A stretch of 39,430 nt of DNA, from positions 84,631,156-84,670,585 of the forward strand of contig NC_057718.1 of the NCBI RefSeq assembly GCF_004010195.1. The letters are read 5' to 3'. Positions 36,180-39,430 of the stretch are shown here, piece by piece. The notes under the pieces were generated by a model. The model searched no databases. It was not told the origin of the DNA and saw nothing but the letters and a program-made list of their open reading frames with translations. A program made the translations under genes and the position numbers. This DNA comes from Chiloscyllium plagiosum (taxonomy: Eukaryota). Numbering within the stretch: position 1 is the first letter of the stretch; each line of letters opens with the position of its first letter.

Positions 36180-36391
36180 GTTGAAACTTTATTGCTGGAA
36201 CAGCACAGCAGGTCAGGCAGCATCCAGGGAACAGGAGATTCGACGTTTCGGGCACAGGCCCTTCTTCCTGAAGAAGGGCCTGTGCCCGAAACGTCGAATC
36301 TCCTGTTCCCTGGATGCTGCCTGACCTGCTGTGCTGTTCCAGCAATAAAGTTTCAACTTTGATCTCCAGCATCTGCAGACCTCACTTTCTC
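36180..36391 (+). mobile_element. 212-bp palindromic mini-PLE with 13-bp TSD
   Basis: TSD ccctctggttcta at 36167-36179 and 36392-36404; perfect inverted arms 36179-36267 / 36270-36358; 33-nt unpaired tail. Confidence 0.93.
36265..36298 (+). ncRNA. Minimal type I hammerhead ribozyme motif, intact core, sense to ATL2
   Basis: ttc-CTGAAGA(36268-74)-a-gggc ctgt gccc-GAAA(36288-91)-cGTC-gaa; predicted cut after C36295. Confidence 0.7.
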
Positions 36392-37151
36392 CCCTCTGGT
36401 TCTACACTCTCCCACGGAGGGGAAAAGCTTTCTGCATCTACACTGTCAAATCCTCTTGGAATTTTATCTATAATTCCATAAAGTTGCCTCTGATTCTTTT
36501 ATATTCCAAGTACAGGTCTGACTTACTCTCTATTTCTCCTCATAAAGGAATCCTTCTATACTGGTATCAGCTAGTGAACCTTCTCAGGACTGCCTCCAAT
36601 GCCAGTATATCTTGCCTTGGATAAGGAGCCCAAAACTGGTCAGTGTTCCAGCTATGGTCTGACTAGTGCCTCATAGCTTTAATCCTTTTATACTGCATTT
36701 CATTTGAAACTAAAGGCAGCATTCTATTTGCCTTCCCTATTATCTGCTGAACTTGGATTCTAGATTTGAAATTCATGGATGAAGACTCCCAAATCCTTCC
36801 CTTCTGGAGCTTTCTCCGGACTTTCTCCATTTAGAACATGTTCAGCACCTCTATTCTTCCTGCCAAAGTGCAAAACCTCATGTTTCCCCATAATAAATTC
36901 TATCAACCATGTTTTTGCCCACACTTTTTAACCTTTCTGTATCCCTCTGCAGACTATCATCTTCACCACTTGCCTTTGTGACTATTTTGTGGCACCCATA
37001 AACTTGTCTAGTACATTCTCTTTCCTCGTCCAAGTCATTAATTGATATTGTAAGTAATTGTGGCCTCAGCACTGATCCCTGTGGCACACTACCGGTAACA
37101 GGTTGCAAATCTGAAAACGCCCCGTTATCCCAATTGAGTCTTCCTATTTGG

Positions 37152-38430
37152 CAACGCATTGCGTGATTAAAGGCAGTCAGCATGGCTTTGAGGGGGGTAG
37201 GTCAGCCTCACAAATCTTATTGAGCTCTTTGAGGAGGTGACAACACAGGTTGGCGAAGGTCGAGCAGTAGATATGGTGTATGTGGACTTCAAGGTATTTG
37301 ATAAGGTGCCCCATGGTAGGCTCATTCATAAAGTCAGGAAGTCTCCTGTTTGGCTATCTGGATTCAGAATTAGTTGGCTGACAGAAGACAGAGTGGTTAT
37401 AGATAAAAAGTATTCGGCCTGGAGGTCAGTGTTGAGTGGGGTCCTGCAGGGCTCTGTTCTTGGGCCTCTGCTCTTTGTAGTTTTTATGAATGACTGACTT
37501 GGATGAGGAGGTTGAGGGGTGGATTAGTAAATTTGCAGATGACACAAAGGTTGGAGGTGCTGTCAATAGTATTGAGGGCTATTGCAGGCTGCAGCGCAAC
37601 ATAGACAAGAGGCAGAGCTAGGATGAGAAATGGCAAGTGGAGTTCAACCTGGTTAAATGCGAAGTGATGCTTTTTGGAAGGTCGAACTCTAATATTGAAT
37701 ATAGGATTAAAGACCGGATTCTTGCAGTTTGGAGGAACAGAGGGATCTTGGTGTTCAACTACATAGATCCCTCAAAGTTGCCACCCAATTGGAATAGGGC
37801 TGTTAAGAAAGCATATGGTGTTTTGGCTTTCATCAACAGGGGAATCAAGTTTGAGCCCCGAGGTTTTGTTGCAGCTCTACAAGTCCCTGGTGAGGCCACA
37901 CTTGGAATATTGTGTCCCGTTCTGGTCGCCCTACTATAGGAAAGATACAAAATATTTGGGAAGGGTGCAAAGAAGGTTTACCAGGATGCTGCCTGGACTG
38001 GAGGGCTTGCCTTATGAAGAAAGGTTGACTAAGCTCTGACTTTTCTCTCTGGAGAGAAGGAGGAAGAGAGGTGACCTGATCGAGTTATACAAGATAATGA
38101 GAGGAATGGATTGAGTCAATAGCCAGAGACTTCCCCCAGGGCAGGATTGACTGGCACGAGGGGTCATAGTTTTGAGATATTAGGAGAAAGGTATAGAGGG
38201 GACGTCAGGGGAAGGTTCTTCGCGCAGAGAGTTGTGAATGCATGGAATGAGTTGCCAGCGGTGGTGGTGGAAGCAGAGTCATTAGGGACATTTAAGCGAC
38301 TGCTGGAAATGCACATGGTTAGCAGAGAATTGAGGGGTGCGTAGGTTGTTATTTTGATAGGATTAATCCTCGGCACAACATCGTGGGCCAAAGGTCCTGT
38401 TCTGTGCTGTACTTTTCTATGTTCAGTGTT
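37152..38430 (+). mobile_element. CR1 LINE (RT to 3' end) nested in the opposite-strand CR1
   Basis: [52 protein letters not shown], ctatgtt tail. Confidence 0.93.
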
Positions 38431-38431
38431 C

Positions 38432-39070
38432 CTCTATCCTTACTAATATGCTAGTTTCAACATCATGGGCTCTTGTGTTATTAAGTAGCCTGATGTGTAG
38501 TGCCTTATCAAATGCCTTCTAGAAATCCAAATATTTTACATCCACTGCTTTCCCTTTATCTATCCTGCCTGTAAATTTGGGAAGGCATGATTTCCCTTCG
38601 TGAAGCCATGCTGATTTTGTTTGATCACACGCATTTTTAAGTGCTTTGCTATTACATCATTTATAATAGAATCTAACATTTTCCCAATAACTGACCTTAA
38701 GCTAAATGGCCTGTAGTTAGCTCTTATTTCTCTACTTCCCTTTCTAAATAAAGATGATATTACAATGGCAGTTTTCCAGTCTCCTGGGACTTTGCCAGAA
38801 TGTAAGGATTCATGGAAGTTCACTCATCCACTGTTTCTGTAGTTGTCTCCTTTAATATCCTAGGATGCACCCCATTACATTCAAGGAATTTAGCAGTCCC
38901 TAGTCCCATTAGTTTCTCTAGAACTGCTTCTGTAGAGATAGTTATTTCTTCTCTTGCCCCTTGAGAGTTTCAAATTTTGAAATGCTGTTAGTGTCTTCTA
39001 CTTTGAAGACTGATGCAAAGTTTTTATTCAACTCCTGTCATTACTTGGCTTCCCATTATTATTTCCCCAG
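38432..39070 (-). mobile_element. CR1 LINE RT fragment (upstream part of 35878-37150 element)
   Basis: ORF 38560-38823 GKVPGDWKTA...NYRPFSLRSVIGKML...NQHGFTKG. Confidence 0.88.
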
Positions 39071-39227
39071 TCTCAATCAAGTTCTGTTATTTGGTAAAGA
39101 CATCATTCTGACATATATAATTTGACTAATATTTTTCTACACTACTAATTGTTGCAAGTAAGTTTCTCATCCCAAACCGTAAACTGTTATCCCAAACAGG
39201 TTGGTATCCTGTCAACAAATCACCATA

Positions 39228-39430
39228 TACGGGAGAACCTCGATTATTCAAAAGTAATGGGTGGGCACTATTTCGTTCGGATAATCAATTATTCGGTTAA
39301 TCGATTAAACACCTTTCCTTTTGAGGCTCGGAGTTTTTTAAGTCTGTCCTTGTTCAAGAGACTTGCGGCACACAACATGCAAGGCCCTGCCCCCAGCCCT
39401 GTGCAACACCCCACCCCACCCATGTGTTTG
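39228..39430. mobile_element. Possible pogo/Tigger-like DNA transposon or MITE left end
   Basis: TA followed by cgggagaacctcgattatt and internal cggataatc / cggttaatcga repeats; partner end not in window. Confidence 0.4.

Larger units (their letters stand above)
35878..37150 (-). mobile_element. CR1 LINE 3' part (continues at 38432-39070)
   Basis: ORF 36878-37183 VTGSVPQGSVLRPQLLTISINDLDEE; 3' UTR homologous to 6722-6900. Confidence 0.88.

Noticed and set aside
36151..36372. Two near-identical peptides on opposite strands
   Set aside because: A trivial consequence of the DNA palindrome; no evidence of coding.
1..39430. CRISPR arrays, operons, retrons or other prokaryotic systems
   Set aside because: No regularly spaced repeat-spacer arrays; all RT-like ORFs are eukaryotic retroelement remnants inside spliceosomal introns.

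Overview
Eukaryotic (vertebrate) genomic DNA. The repeat landscape (CR1 LINEs, HE1/V-SINE-like SINEs, Penelope-like elements) points to a cartilaginous fish, which is an inference. The window is the interior of an atlastin gene on the + strand. Nine coding exons of 135, 105, 51, 57, 93, 139, 128, 57 and 72 nt (837 nt, 279 codons, all AG/GT bounded) splice into one open frame matching atlastin-2 exons 3-11, covering most of the GTPase domain and the start of the three-helix bundle. Exons 1-2 and 12 onward lie outside the window. The introns are dominated by decayed mobile elements: a shattered Ty3/Gypsy element, many CR1 fragments, a second LINE family, solo LTRs, SINEs, and Penelope-like elements (PLEs) whose termini carry minimal hammerhead-ribozyme motifs. 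There are two N gaps. The most notable items are: (1) an exact 239-bp copy of the 3' part of exon 11 plus its donor site, placed upstream in intron 8; (2) a 212-bp TSD-flanked mini-PLE that is an almost entirely perfect 89-bp-arm palindrome folded at a hammerhead core; (3) recurrent CpG-type loss of the catalytic G12 in older hammerhead copies. Repeat boundaries are approximate unless a TSD is given.
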